A stretch of DNA of 64,000 nucleotides, taken from NCBI GenBank assembly GCA_934101865.1, contig CAKOSA010000003.1, positions 4,940 to 68,939 of the forward strand. The letters are read 5' to 3'. The notes beneath the pieces were generated by a model that saw nothing but the letters and a program-made list of their open reading frames with translations, did no database searches and was not told the DNA's origin. Positions 31,114 through 40,829 of this stretch are shown piece by piece. Numbering within the stretch: position 1 is the stretch's first letter; each line of letters opens with the position of its first letter. This DNA is from an uncultured Bacilli bacterium. Lineage in GTDB: Bacteria; Bacillota_I; Bacilli_A; RF39; UBA660. A program made the position numbers and the translations under genes.

Positions 31114-31833
31114 TTATTTTTCAATATCCTGAATAAAGTTTTTAACTCTTTCGTTTTCACCATTTATGATATCGTTATAGCTGCTATCAAGTATTAGTTT
31201 ACCGTTTTCAATGAATATTATTCTATTGGAGAATTCTTTTACGAATTCCATTTCGTGACTTACGATAATTAGGGTTATGCCTTTATCTTTTAGGTGTTTG
31301 ATTAGTTCGATTACTTCTTTGGTCATTTCGGGGTCAAGGGCACTAGTTGGTTCATCGAGGAGTATTAGTCTTGGCTCTAATATGAGGGTTCTTATAATGG
31401 CTACTCTTTGTTTTTCTCCGCCGCTTAGGCTGATGGGATAGGCGTCTTTTTTGTCATAGAGGTTTATTTCTTTAAGCATCGCGAGGGCTCTTTTTTTGGC
31501 CTCGGCGGGGGTTAGTAATTTTAGTTTTACGGGAGCTAGGGTTATGTTTTCAAGAACGGTGAGATTTTCAAAAAGGTTAAAGTGTTGAAAGACCATTCCT
31601 ATTTCTTTGCGGATTTCCCCGATATTGGCTCCGGTTATTAGTTTTCGGTCAAAAAGGATTTCACCGCTTGTTGGGGTTACCATCCTATTTATACATCTTA
31701 GGAGAGTTGACTTACCACTGCCAGAAGGGCCAATGATAGACACTATTTCTTTTTCCTCGACACTGAAATTTATGTTTTTTAATATGGTTTTTTTGTTATA
31801 GGTTTTGGTTAAATTTTTAACTGTTAAGAGCAT
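31114..31833 (-). CDS. Polar amino-acid ABC transporter ATP-binding protein
   Basis: Walker A GPSGSGKST, signature LSGGEKQR, Walker B LILLDEPTS. Confidence 0.9.
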   Translation of the reverse strand: MLLTVKNLTKTYNKKTILKNINFSVEEKEIVSIIGPSGSGKSTLLRCINRMVTPTSGEILFDRKLITGANIGEIRKEIGMVFQHFNLFENLTVLENITLAPVKLKLLTPAEAKKRALAMLKEINLYDKKDAYPISLSGGEKQRVAIIRTLILEPRLILLDEPTSALDPEMTKEVIELIKHLKDKGITLIIVSHEMEFVKEFSNRIIFIENGKLILDSSYNDIINGENERVKNFIQDIEK

Positions 31834-32506
31834 TTTCGTCATCTCCTCTATTTATTAGTTTTGATAGACACACGGTTAGGGTTAGGTATATTAGGGATGT
31901 TATGATGAGGGGGAAGAAGTAGTCGTAGGTGCGAGAGGCGATTATGTCGCTGGCTTTGGTGAGTTCGACTATTCCGATGTAACCGGCTACCGATGTTTCT
32001 TTTAGAAGGGTTATGAATTCGTTTCCGAGAGCGGGTTTAATGTTGTGGATGGCTTGGGGCATTATTATATATCTGGTTATTTGGCCGTAGCTAAGACCGA
32101 GACTTTTACCGGCCTCTCTTTGACCGGCGTTGATTGATATTAGGCCGGATTTGATTATTTGTGATACATAGGCACCGCTGTTTAGGCCAAAGGCTAATAT
32201 TCCAATAAGAATTATGTTAGTGTCAACGGATTTGAATATTACGTAGTATATTATCATTAATTGTAAGAGTACGGGGGTTCCTCTTATGACCGTTATGTAG
32301 AGATTTCCAATTTTATTGGCTATTTTTAATTTGCCGGTTTCTTTGTTATAGTCGTTGATGATGGCAAGGATGAGACCGATTACTACTCCGATTATACAGG
32401 CAAATATGGCCATTGTTATGGTGTTGAATAGGCCTTCGAAGATGTATTTGTAACGGTCCTCGAAGATTACTGAATTGTAAAAGTTATTCCATATTTTTTC
32501 TATCAT
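31817..32506 (-). CDS. Polar amino-acid ABC transporter permease (HisMQ/GlnP type)
   Basis: 229 aa, 5 TM helices, EAGKSLGLSYGQ EAA-loop motif. Confidence 0.9.
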   Translation of the reverse strand: MIEKIWNNFYNSVIFEDRYKYIFEGLFNTITMAIFACIIGVVIGLILAIINDYNKETGKLKIANKIGNLYITVIRGTPVLLQLMIIYYVIFKSVDTNIILIGILAFGLNSGAYVSQIIKSGLISINAGQREAGKSLGLSYGQITRYIIMPQAIHNIKPALGNEFITLLKETSVAGYIGIVELTKASDIIASRTYDYFFPLIITSLIYLTLTVCLSKLINRGDDENALNS

Positions 32507-32517
32507 TGTTTCACTTC

Positions 32518-33234
32518 CTAGTTTGAATGGTTGATGACGTACTGGTCAATTTTCCCATCTTTTTCTAAATTGGCTAATACTTTGTTTATTTCTTCTACTA
32601 GCTTGGTATTGCCTTTTTTGACAGCTATTCCGTAGGTATCGCTAAATAGGTAGCCGTCTAATATTTTTAACTGGCTATTTTTATTTACGATTTCTTTGGC
32701 TGGTAAGTAGTCCATAACGATACAATCTACTTTATCTCTTTTTAGGTCTTCAGCCATTGAGAGGTATTTTTTTTGTCTACTGATATTGGCATTGGGATAT
32801 TTTTCGGTTAAGTCTAAGTCGGCAATGCTTCCTAGTTGAACGGCTATTTTTTTATTGCTTATTTGGTTTAGGTCTGTTATATTGCTTCCTTCTTTTACTA
32901 TTACTACTTGGCGAGATTCGACATAGGGATTACTGAAATCTACTTCTTTTAGTCTTTCTTCAGTAATACTCATACCGGCTAAGGCTATGTCGGCTTTTCC
33001 ACTTTTTAATTCGTTTATTATGGAATCGAAAGCGACGTCTTTTACTTCTAGTTTTTTGCCAAGGCTTTTGGCTATTTCGTTTGCTATATCTATGTCTACT
33101 CCTACTATTTCACCGTTTTCGTAGTATTCGTAAGGGGCAAAACCGGCCTCAGTTACCATAACGAGGGTATCTTCTTTGGTTTTGCATCCGGTTAATAGTA
33201 ATATTATTAGTATTATGCTTAGTATTTTTTTCAT
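32518..33234 (-). CDS. Amino-acid ABC transporter substrate-binding lipoprotein (family 3)
   Basis: Lipobox LLTGC and family-3 SBP motifs (GFAPYEY, GVDIDIA, DIALAGMSIT). Confidence 0.9.
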   Translation of the reverse strand: MKKILSIILIILLLTGCKTKEDTLVMVTEAGFAPYEYYENGEIVGVDIDIANEIAKSLGKKLEVKDVAFDSIINELKSGKADIALAGMSITEERLKEVDFSNPYVESRQVVIVKEGSNITDLNQISNKKIAVQLGSIADLDLTEKYPNANISRQKKYLSMAEDLKRDKVDCIVMDYLPAKEIVNKNSQLKILDGYLFSDTYGIAVKKGNTKLVEEINKVLANLEKDGKIDQYVINHSN

Positions 33235-33908
33235 TTTTCTAACTCCTTTATTATTCTTAGTACTTGATTAAAGTTTTCTTCTTCTATTGTGTAGTCAAAA
33301 TTATTTTTGTAATCTTCATAATCTAAACGGGGAAAGGCGATTTTTACTACTTTATGGGGATAATTTGGTGGTATGAGGGTTAAGTCACTCAGTGTATCTC
33401 CTATTATGACAAGTATATCGGCGTTATTTACTTGTTTTTGGTATTCTTTGTTGGTGCTTTTGTTATATCTTGTCACATATTCGCCCGTATCGTTTAGAAA
33501 ATTTGATATTATTTTGATGTTTGGTAGCATTAGATTTTCGGTTTCTAATTTTATTTTGATAAAGTCACCGAGACCAGCAGAGTTTATGATAAAAGGGATG
33601 TTTTTTTGATTTAAGTAATTTACGAGTTCTGAAAAGCCTTTTTTTATGGTTACTTCTTTGGTTAGGCTTGTTATTAGTTCTTTGGTTATGTTATATTTTT
33701 TGAATGTTTGAAATTTTTCATCCCATATTTTATCGTAATAATCTTGTATTTCTGTGGGGTCTAGTTGTTTTAGTTTTTCTTCTTTGTATATTCTTTCTCT
33801 CATTTCTTTGTATTCTTTTGGTAATACTTCTTCAAAGGTTGTCATTGCTGTTTTATCGTTTTTTAGGGTTATGGTATTATCAAAATCACTTGCTATTACT
33901 ATGTTCAT
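33231..33908 (-). CDS. HAD-superfamily hydrolase
   Basis: N-terminal DFDNT (DxDxT) nucleophile motif and a C-terminal GD..SD motif. ATGA-type overlap with the SBP gene. Confidence 0.7.
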   Translation of the reverse strand: MNIVIASDFDNTITLKNDKTAMTTFEEVLPKEYKEMRERIYKEEKLKQLDPTEIQDYYDKIWDEKFQTFKKYNITKELITSLTKEVTIKKGFSELVNYLNQKNIPFIINSAGLGDFIKIKLETENLMLPNIKIISNFLNDTGEYVTRYNKSTNKEYQKQVNNADILVIIGDTLSDLTLIPPNYPHKVVKIAFPRLDYEDYKNNFDYTIEEENFNQVLRIIKELEK

Positions 33909-34036
33909 TCTATCCTCCTTCCATTATATTTTAATTATAAATCATATTGATTATTTTGACAATACTTTTGAAGTATTTTACTTTAATTAGACATTTTGAG
34001 AATAAACTTATATTAAAACTGAAAAATTATGGAGAG

Positions 34037-34067
34037 AAAAAAACTGATGCAAGTTTTTGCAACAGTT
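34037..34067 (-). terminator. Rho-independent terminator
   Basis: Minus strand reads AACTGTTGCAA-aaac-TTGCATCAGTT followed by TTTTTTT. Confidence 0.65.
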
Positions 34068-34072
34068 ACTAT

Positions 34073-34660
34073 TTAATAATCTTGAATTTCTCTTAGAGTA
34101 TATCCAGACGGGGTTTGATATGTCCGAGGATTTTTAGTTCGTAAATATAGTTTAGTATGATATAGTCCACTTCCCTGCATCATACTATTAATGTTTTTTT
34201 GTAATTTTAAAGATACGGCCTCATCATATAAATAATGAAGATTAATATTTCTATAAAGTGAAAACTTGTTTAGATCGTTTATATTTAAATATCGTTTCAC
34301 GGTATTCATTTTCTGTTGAAGTTCTTCTTCTTTGGTATGAGTTAGTATTTCTTTTAGTTCTTGTAACTCTTCTTTGCTATATGGGAATCTTATTTCTCCT
34401 GAGGTTGCATCTATTTTTTCAAATATGTCTATTAGTAGCATATTTTCGTAAAGAAGATGTGTTAAAAAGGGATTTGTTAAATTACTTATTTTTTCATCAA
34501 GGGTGCTATATGTGCTAGTTGGTAAAAGGAGTTGAAATCCTTGTTTACGAGGATTAGAAGTTAAGTAATTTTTGATATTTAATAGTTCTTCGAGAGATAA
34601 TCCTGTAAAAATTTTGTTTTTAGGAGCAATTATTATTTTTTCTGCGTTTACTTCTTTCAT
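34073..34660 (-). CDS. Hypothetical protein
   Basis: 195-aa ORF with an ATG start. A TGATATAAT extended -10 lies upstream. No motif recognised. Confidence 0.5.
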   Translation of the reverse strand: MKEVNAEKIIIAPKNKIFTGLSLEELLNIKNYLTSNPRKQGFQLLLPTSTYSTLDEKISNLTNPFLTHLLYENMLLIDIFEKIDATSGEIRFPYSKEELQELKEILTHTKEEELQQKMNTVKRYLNINDLNKFSLYRNINLHYLYDEAVSLKLQKNINSMMQGSGLYHTKLYLRTKNPRTYQTPSGYTLREIQDY

Positions 34661-34718
34661 TTTGCATCACCTTTTGCATTATATCATACTTTCTGTGGTT
34701 TTGTTAGTTTTTTTGCTT

Positions 34719-37046
34719 TTAAAGGTGATTTTTTAACCAGTTTTTGATATTTAGGACCTTCTTATCTACATATTCTTCGATTTTGTCATAGGCTTGATAC
34801 AGTATTTGGATATATTTGGCATTTACATATATTAGCACGAGCGATAGTATTATATTAAAGATATTGACGTTTTTTATAAGAAGGGAGTTAGGAGCAAAAA
34901 ATAGAGTTGCGAAGAAAGCGGTAAAGCAACCAACTACTAGTACTTTTCTTATAAATGTTAATGGTTTACTTATTCTATATAGTAAATTCAGAGTTACGAA
35001 CCCCGTGAGGGCAACGGCAACAATCCTAAAAAATTCATAATCGAAGTGAAATGTTATACATAAAAGTTCAATTACGAGGATGTTCGTAAAGACGCATATT
35101 CCGTTGGGGATGACGTTTTTGAACACCTTGCGGAGGAAGCCTTTGGTTACTTTGCTATAATTTGGTTCGAGGGCGAGGAAGAGGGATGGGATGCCGACGC
35201 AGACGGTACTGATGAGGGTTAATTGGATTGGATAGAAGGGATATGTTACGGTAAATATTATGGATAGGAGTGATAGTAGTATCGAGTACATTGTTTTTAG
35301 TAGGTACATACAGGATACTCTTTCGATGTTATTTACTACTTTTCGGCCTTCTTTTATTACTTTTGGAAGGACGGAGAAATCGGATGTGGTTAGGACTATT
35401 TGCGAGACATTTTTAGTAGCGGGACTTCCTCCTTCGAGGGCTATTCCGCAGTTGGATTCTTTTAGGGCCAAGATATCATTTACTCCATCGCCAATATAGG
35501 CTACAGTTTTCTTTTTTTTGAGGGCTTTGATTATTTCTCTTTTTTGATTGGGTGTTACACGTGCAAAAATGTTAAAACTGTTTACTATATTGTCCAGATT
35601 TTGAAAATCTGCATCTATTTCGGGGCCGGTTATACATTTTGTTTCTTTGAGAAGACCCTTGGTTATATTTACTATTGTATCAGGATGATCACCTGATATT
35701 ATTTTGATATCGACATTTTGTTCATAGAAATAGTTTAATATTTCTTGGGCATTGTCTCTTAAACAGTCTTTTAAAATTATAAAACCTAATATTTTGGCGT
35801 CTTTTATTTTATTGTTTTTTTCTATATTGGTTCCCTCTACTAATGTTAAAACACGGCATCCTTCTTTGATATATTTTCCTACTTCTTTGTCATATTTTTT
35901 TATGTCTTGGGTAGTCATATATTCAAGGGCTCCGAGGGCATAAACTTTTTCTTCGGTAAATATGGCCTTGTATTTTCTGGTAGAAGTAAAGGGAATATGT
36001 TTTTTTACGTTGTAATTTGCTTCTCCCTGATAGTATGATGTTAGGGCTTTATCAGTGCTATTGTATACTTCGGGAGTTAGAGATGCTATAATATTGGAGA
36101 AATTATGCTTACTTAGATTTATTTCTTTTATGACTTCTAATTCTCCGGTTGTTATGGTTCCAGTCTTATCTAAACATAGAACGTCCGTGCAGGCTAGTTC
36201 TTCAATTCCGTTTAACTTTTGGACAATGACATTTTTCTTTCCTAAGGTTATTACTCCTACAAAAAGAGCAGTAGTTGTTAGGAGTATTAATCCTTCGGGT
36301 ATCATACCTACTACACCGGCAACTACGGAAAGGATAGCTTCATTATAGGTTAGGTTGCTTTTGAAGTATTGGGATATGAATAGAAGCACCCCAATAGGGA
36401 TAATTATTATAGTTATTATTTTGATGATGTTATTTATATTCTTTTTTAGATAGGAATCTTCGGTTTTTATGGTGCTGGCATCTTTTACTAGTTTGCTGGC
36501 ATAATTATCGTTATTTATGGCGATGACTTTGGCATAACAGTTACCACTTACGATGACGCTACCACTTATTAGTTTGTCTTCTTTCTTTTTCTTTATGGCG
36601 TCGCTTTCTCCTGTTATTACGGATTCATCAGCATTTACTTCGCCTTTTTCGATTATGGTATCTAAAAGAACGGTATCTCCGGCTGAAAAGTAGATGATAT
36701 CATCGAGTAGTACTTCGTCTTCGTTTATTTCTTGTTTTTTTCCTTCCCTAACTACGGTTAGGGTATTTTTAGTGGCTAATTTTAATTTATCGATTATTCT
36801 TTTGGCTTTTAGTTCACTTCCGATTGCTATTATGGTATTGACAACTATTATAATAGCGAATAGTCCGTTCCTAAAAGACCTAGTAGTTAATACTAGGACT
36901 AATAGGACAATATTTAGGATATTGAAAAGGGTTATAGTGTTATCAAGTATTATTTTTTTTATGGTTTTGGTATTTTTATCTTTTTGATTATTTATTAAAC
37001 CGTTATTTATTCTATAATCGATGTCTTGTTTATTTAATCCGTCCAT
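34719..37046 (-). CDS. Cation-transporting P-type ATPase
   Basis: TGES, DKTGTIT and GDGVND motifs, about 8-10 TM helices. Start set to the ATG at 37046 (GAAGGTG SD), not the longer overlapping ORF. Confidence 0.9.
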   Translation of the reverse strand: MDGLNKQDIDYRINNGLINNQKDKNTKTIKKIILDNTITLFNILNIVLLVLVLTTRSFRNGLFAIIIVVNTIIAIGSELKAKRIIDKLKLATKNTLTVVREGKKQEINEDEVLLDDIIYFSAGDTVLLDTIIEKGEVNADESVITGESDAIKKKKEDKLISGSVIVSGNCYAKVIAINNDNYASKLVKDASTIKTEDSYLKKNINNIIKIITIIIIPIGVLLFISQYFKSNLTYNEAILSVVAGVVGMIPEGLILLTTTALFVGVITLGKKNVIVQKLNGIEELACTDVLCLDKTGTITTGELEVIKEINLSKHNFSNIIASLTPEVYNSTDKALTSYYQGEANYNVKKHIPFTSTRKYKAIFTEEKVYALGALEYMTTQDIKKYDKEVGKYIKEGCRVLTLVEGTNIEKNNKIKDAKILGFIILKDCLRDNAQEILNYFYEQNVDIKIISGDHPDTIVNITKGLLKETKCITGPEIDADFQNLDNIVNSFNIFARVTPNQKREIIKALKKKKTVAYIGDGVNDILALKESNCGIALEGGSPATKNVSQIVLTTSDFSVLPKVIKEGRKVVNNIERVSCMYLLKTMYSILLSLLSIIFTVTYPFYPIQLTLISTVCVGIPSLFLALEPNYSKVTKGFLRKVFKNVIPNGICVFTNILVIELLCITFHFDYEFFRIVAVALTGFVTLNLLYRISKPLTFIRKVLVVGCFTAFFATLFFAPNSLLIKNVNIFNIILSLVLIYVNAKYIQILYQAYDKIEEYVDKKVLNIKNWLKNHL
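35595..35613. repeat. Intragenic copy of the palindromic motif CAGATTTTGAAAATCTGCA
   Basis: Read directly. On the coding strand it encodes ADFQNL within the ATPase. Confidence 0.8.
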
Positions 37047-37060
37047 TTGTTCACCTTCTT

Positions 37061-38251
37061 TTATTTTCGATAGAAGTAGCCTCCTCCACTTGCTGGGAAA
37101 GAGAATAGTCTTCTTGGATTGAATGAATGTGCTACCCAAAGGGAATAGTTTGATCCATAATGTCCGTTTGACATACCGAAGTGTAAGTGGGCTCCTGTGG
37201 TACAGTTATCGTAGCCTCCGTGAGCAGATGATGTACTTCCACCACCCATATGACCGATTACGGTATTATCGGTTACCACTTGGCCATAACTTACGGTTAC
37301 ATCTAATAGGTGCATATATTGGGTTGTATATGGTGTTCCGTTTACAACGTGTTGGATGTATACCTGATTTCCACCACAACTTGATTTATATACTATTCTG
37401 GCAACTGTACCAGCCGCGGCAGCATAAACTGGTGAACCTTCGCCTGTACAAGATAGGTCGATAGCGTAATGGCTACCTCCGAAAGCGTCTCCTCTTTCGG
37501 CACTGCCTGAGTATTCGCTTGTTACGCAGCCGTAGCTTAGTGGGTATCGCCAACCGCTGGCACTAGGGGTTCCGGCACAGGATGTTAGGTCAGAGCTTTT
37601 TTTGCAACCGAGACCCTCATAGTAGGATATTTCTTTTTTGAGGTCTCTTATATCCTCGGCTATTGTGGTTCCCTCTACTTTGGTATTGCTTAGATTTAGG
37701 CGTAATGTATCTAACTTGGAAGCGAGAGAGGCTTTTTGGACCTCTAATTGTTTTTGTTTTTCAGAAAGGGTTACTTTGTTTGCTTCGAGGTTTTTGATAA
37801 GGGTTTCGAGTTCGCCCATAAGGGATGTGTTATATTCGGAAAGCTGGCTTACTATATTAAATCTATATATGAAGTCGGTTATGTCCTCGGCGTCGAAAAG
37901 GTATTCTAAATAGATGTTTTCACCAGAAGATTTTTGGAGAAATTTGAGAAGTTCAGCGGTTTCTTCTTTTTTTTCTTCAATTTGTTTTTCAGAATCTTTT
38001 ATTTTGGCTGTTGTCGCTGTTATTTCGTTCTCTGTTGTTTTGATAGTATTATTTATGGTGGTTACTTCGGAGTTTATATTGTTTATCTCACTTTGAGTTA
38101 GATTTTCTTGATTTTTGGAATTGTTATATTTAGTTTGCAGGCTATTTAATTCATTATATAGGTCTTGAAGGGTTTTGGCAGAGGTGTTATTTGGAAATAT
38201 AATGAGTAAGCCAATTAGATATACGATAGTTATTATGGATTTCTTCTTCAT
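37061..38251 (-). CDS. Secreted M23-family peptidoglycan hydrolase with N-terminal coiled coil (PcsB/EnvC-like architecture)
   Basis: Signal peptide, about 200 aa of coiled coil, C-terminal M23 motifs HYAID (HxxxD) and HLHF (HxH). Start at the ATG at 38251 (AGGTGA SD). Confidence 0.85.
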   Translation of the reverse strand: MKKKSIITIVYLIGLLIIFPNNTSAKTLQDLYNELNSLQTKYNNSKNQENLTQSEINNINSEVTTINNTIKTTENEITATTAKIKDSEKQIEEKKEETAELLKFLQKSSGENIYLEYLFDAEDITDFIYRFNIVSQLSEYNTSLMGELETLIKNLEANKVTLSEKQKQLEVQKASLASKLDTLRLNLSNTKVEGTTIAEDIRDLKKEISYYEGLGCKKSSDLTSCAGTPSASGWRYPLSYGCVTSEYSGSAERGDAFGGSHYAIDLSCTGEGSPVYAAAAGTVARIVYKSSCGGNQVYIQHVVNGTPYTTQYMHLLDVTVSYGQVVTDNTVIGHMGGGSTSSAHGGYDNCTTGAHLHFGMSNGHYGSNYSLWVAHSFNPRRLFSFPASGGGYFYRK

Positions 38252-38462
38252 TACTTTATCACCTAGGTTAATTATACTTGTTTTATTTTGTAAAGTCAAT
38301 ATTATGGAAAGGGAAATTTATTTTTTTATTTTGTGTTTATGTAAAGGAAATTCATTTTTATGTTGTTAGGGATTTTGGTTAAAAAGAAAAGGAATTGATA
38401 GTTTATGGATTCAAACTTTGGCTTGGGATATTTTTGTTCGATTAAAAAATGACATATTTTTA

Positions 38463-38530
38463 GAAAAAAACTGCAATGTATTTTCTTTTATTTTTACTTT
38501 TTTGATAATATACAGATTTTGAAAAATTGA
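38463..38530. repeat. Loose copy of the palindromic element (two half-site groups separated by 37 nt)
   Basis: GAAAAAAACTGCA ... TACAGATTTTGAAAAATTGA in the divergent M23/XRE intergenic region. Confidence 0.5.
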
Positions 38531-38651
38531 TACTTTTAAGGCGTTATTTATGCTTTATTACGATAATTTACAAACATCAAAAAAGCATACATATATTAAA
38601 TGCAGAACATTTAGGCACTTTTTATAGGATAATGTATTTGGGTGATGTTTA

Positions 38652-38951
38652 ATGGATGTCAAAAATGAAGACAATAAGTATATCTATACTTTAGTTGGTA
38701 AAAACATCAGAAGACTTAGAAAAAAACATGGTCTTACACAAGTAAAATTAGCAGAGGCTATTGGATACAACGATGGAACAGTTTCTAACGTAGAAAACAG
38801 CAGTTTTCAGACATTTAGCTTAGAATTTGTTTACATTATATCTAAATTACTTAATGAACCTATGTGTGAATTTTTTAAGAGTCTTGATGAGGATACTACA
38901 AAGTCTAAAAATGACAAAAAAGATAAGAAAAAAAAGAAAGAAAAAAAATAA
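38652..38951 (+). CDS. XRE-family HTH regulator with a poly-lysine C-terminal tail
   Basis: HTH_3 motif (HGLTQVKLAEAIGYNDGTVSNVE). Tail is KSKNDKKDKKKKKEKK. Confidence 0.75.
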   Translation: MDVKNEDNKYIYTLVGKNIRRLRKKHGLTQVKLAEAIGYNDGTVSNVENSSFQTFSLEFVYIISKLLNEPMCEFFKSLDEDTTKSKNDKKDKKKKKEKK

Positions 38952-38967
38952 AATTTTCTTTCTTTTT

Positions 38968-39204
38968 TTACATATTTTGGTTAATAATATTTTTGGTTTT
39001 GTTTAGTAAATTTTGTGCATTTATGTTATGTTTATATTCCTTATTAAATTTTATAGAACCGTTAGTGCAGAGTGTCTGCCCTATTAACATAAACCAGTTA
39101 CCTAAGGCATTTTGTTCACTTGCTGATAATTCGTCTATTAGAGCTGTGGCTAAGAGAAAAGCTGTCAACGTAAACATATAATGTTCGCTGTTATCATTTC
39201 TCAT
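38968..39204 (-). CDS. Small hypothetical protein (possibly a conserved small Firmicutes family)
   Basis: 78-aa ORF with no SD seen. The central LSASEQNALGNWFMLIGQTL resembles small clostridial proteins, from memory only. Confidence 0.35.
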   Translation of the reverse strand: MRNDNSEHYMFTLTAFLLATALIDELSASEQNALGNWFMLIGQTLCTNGSIKFNKEYKHNINAQNLLNKTKNIINQNM

Positions 39205-39216
39205 ATTTAATTATAT

Positions 39217-39245
39217 GAGAAAAGACCACTGTTATGCAGTAGTCT
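39217..39245 (-). terminator. Rho-independent terminator after the SASP gene
   Basis: Minus strand reads AGACTACTG-cataa-CAGTGGTCT followed by TTTCTC. Confidence 0.6.
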
Positions 39246-39274
39246 AGAAGAATATATTATATTCTATATTCTAT

Positions 39275-39478
39275 TTATTTATTTGAACCGCTTATTTGGT
39301 TTTGACCTAATCTTACTAATCTTTTAGTGATTTCTCCACCAACTGAACCATTGGCTCTGCTAGTAGCATCTGGACCAAGGTTTACACCAAATTCGTTAGC
39401 TATTTCGTATTTCATTCTTTCGATAGCTTGCTTTGCTCCAGGTACTGTTAATTTATTGTTATTAGTGCTGTTGTTCAT
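39275..39478 (-). CDS. Small acid-soluble spore protein, alpha/beta type
   Basis: 67 aa. [10 protein letters not shown] and GGEITKRLV signature motifs of alpha/beta SASPs. Confidence 0.9.
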   Translation of the reverse strand: MNNSTNNNKLTVPGAKQAIERMKYEIANEFGVNLGPDATSRANGSVGGEITKRLVRLGQNQISGSNK

Positions 39479-39499
39479 TTAACTCACCTCCTACACTCT

Positions 39500-39528
39500 T
39501 AGTATGGTGAGCGGTATTTTTTTCATAC
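39500..39528 (-). promoter_or_regulatory. Forespore (sigma-G/sigma-F type) promoter of the SASP gene
   Basis: Minus strand reads GTATG-17 nt-CATACTA, matching the GHATR-N17/18-CATxHTA consensus, 21 nt upstream of the ATG. Confidence 0.55.
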
Positions 39529-39569
39529 ATTTTTTTTAGTGGTAATTTTTTCTAATATTTTTTTATTTT

Positions 39570-39614
39570 AATATTAAAATAATATCTTATGAGTTCTCTT
39601 CACAAGATATTATT
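39570..39614 (-). terminator. Hairpin terminator after thiI
   Basis: 11-bp A/T-rich stem AATAATATCTT / AAGATATTATT followed by a T-rich run. Confidence 0.45.
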
Positions 39615-39640
39615 TACTGAATTTATTAGAATTAAACATT

Positions 39641-40819
39641 TTAAAAGTCATATTTTTTATTTTCACTAGCAGTAATTACTATGGTGTTTGCATTGTTCAC
39701 AGTTTCTTCTATTAGTTTTTCGTAATTTATTTTTTGTTCTTCTTCTATGGCCTTGGTTAATTTGGGATTAATTACGGGATGACGTGGTAAAAAGATAGTA
39801 CAACAGTCTTCATAGGGTAAGGTGCTTATATCATAGGTGTCAATATCTTTGGCAATTTTGATTATTTCTAATTTATCAAAGCAGGCTAGTGGTCTTATAA
39901 CAGGAACGTTTGTAACATTGTTAATGGTACTCATACTGGTTAGTGTTTGACTTGCTACTTGTCCAATGGATTCTCCGTTTATTAATATTAAACACTTTCT
40001 TCTCTTCATCATTTCTTCACTTATTCTATACATCATACGACGCATTATTGTTATCATATAATTTGGATCACAGTTTTTGTATATTTCTTCTTGGATATTG
40101 GTAAAGTTTATGATGTGTAATGTTATTTCTGGTTCAAATTTAGTTAGTTTTTTTACTAGTTTTTTTACTTTATTTAAGGCCATTTCACTTGTATGGGGAG
40201 GTGATTCGAAATAGATGCATTCTATTTTTACGCCTCGTTTCATTGCCATATATCCTGCTACGGGAGAATCTATTCCTCCTGAGAGCATTAATAGTCCTTT
40301 GCCCGCAACGCGCACTGGATATCCTCCCCTAGCGTTTATTTCCACGGCATAAATATAGGTGTAGTCCTCCCTTATTTCCACTTTAAGAGTATACTCTGGA
40401 TTGTGGACATCGACAGTGACATTTTCTTTGTTTTTTAGAATTAAACCGCCTAGTATGTTGTTCATTTCCATAGAAGGGATTGAGAAGTTTTTATCAGCTC
40501 TTTTAGTCTCAACTTTAAAGGTTTTGAAGTTTAATTTTTGAACAATATTTAATACTTCTGTTTGGATTTTATTTATATTGGTATCTACTTTGTAGGCTAC
40601 TACAATGCTATGAATACCGAAAATATTCTTTAAAATTTCAATAATTTCTTCGATATTTTCGTCTGTTTCAATAAACATTCTTACTCTATTTTTGGTTATT
40701 TTTACGTTATAATTTTGGAGAGCTTTCGTTATATTTTCATATAGTATATTGATAAATAAACTACGATTATCTTTCTTAGTAGTTAGTTCTCCATACTTAA
40801 TTAATATTATTTTTTGCAT
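39641..40819 (-). CDS. thiI: tRNA 4-thiouridine(8) synthase ThiI
   Basis: 392 aa. THUMP-type N-terminus and the PP-loop SGGIDSPVA. Confidence 0.9.
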   Translation of the reverse strand: MQKIILIKYGELTTKKDNRSLFINILYENITKALQNYNVKITKNRVRMFIETDENIEEIIEILKNIFGIHSIVVAYKVDTNINKIQTEVLNIVQKLNFKTFKVETKRADKNFSIPSMEMNNILGGLILKNKENVTVDVHNPEYTLKVEIREDYTYIYAVEINARGGYPVRVAGKGLLMLSGGIDSPVAGYMAMKRGVKIECIYFESPPHTSEMALNKVKKLVKKLTKFEPEITLHIINFTNIQEEIYKNCDPNYMITIMRRMMYRISEEMMKRRKCLILINGESIGQVASQTLTSMSTINNVTNVPVIRPLACFDKLEIIKIAKDIDTYDISTLPYEDCCTIFLPRHPVINPKLTKAIEEEQKINYEKLIEETVNNANTIVITASENKKYDF

Positions 40820-40829
40820 TTTTTACTCC

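Noticed and set aside
37047-37139. N-terminal extensions of track ORFs: 34719-37139, 37061-38299, 18318-19376, 8511-9137, 26450-28861, 44403-46772, 50672-52339 and 53455-54420.
   Set aside because: The extended starts are GTG/TTG or ATG codons without an SD. They overlap upstream genes or operators, whereas internal ATGs have well-spaced SD sequences and N-termini matching family consensus. Coordinates were trimmed accordingly.
38405-38452. 15-codon ORF MDSNFGLGYFCSIKK upstream of the XRE gene, considered as a possible signalling peptide.
   Set aside because: It has only a weak, distant AAAGGAA SD. The adjacent XRE is a 99-aa protein, not an RRNPP/Rgg-type peptide receptor, and nothing else supports it.
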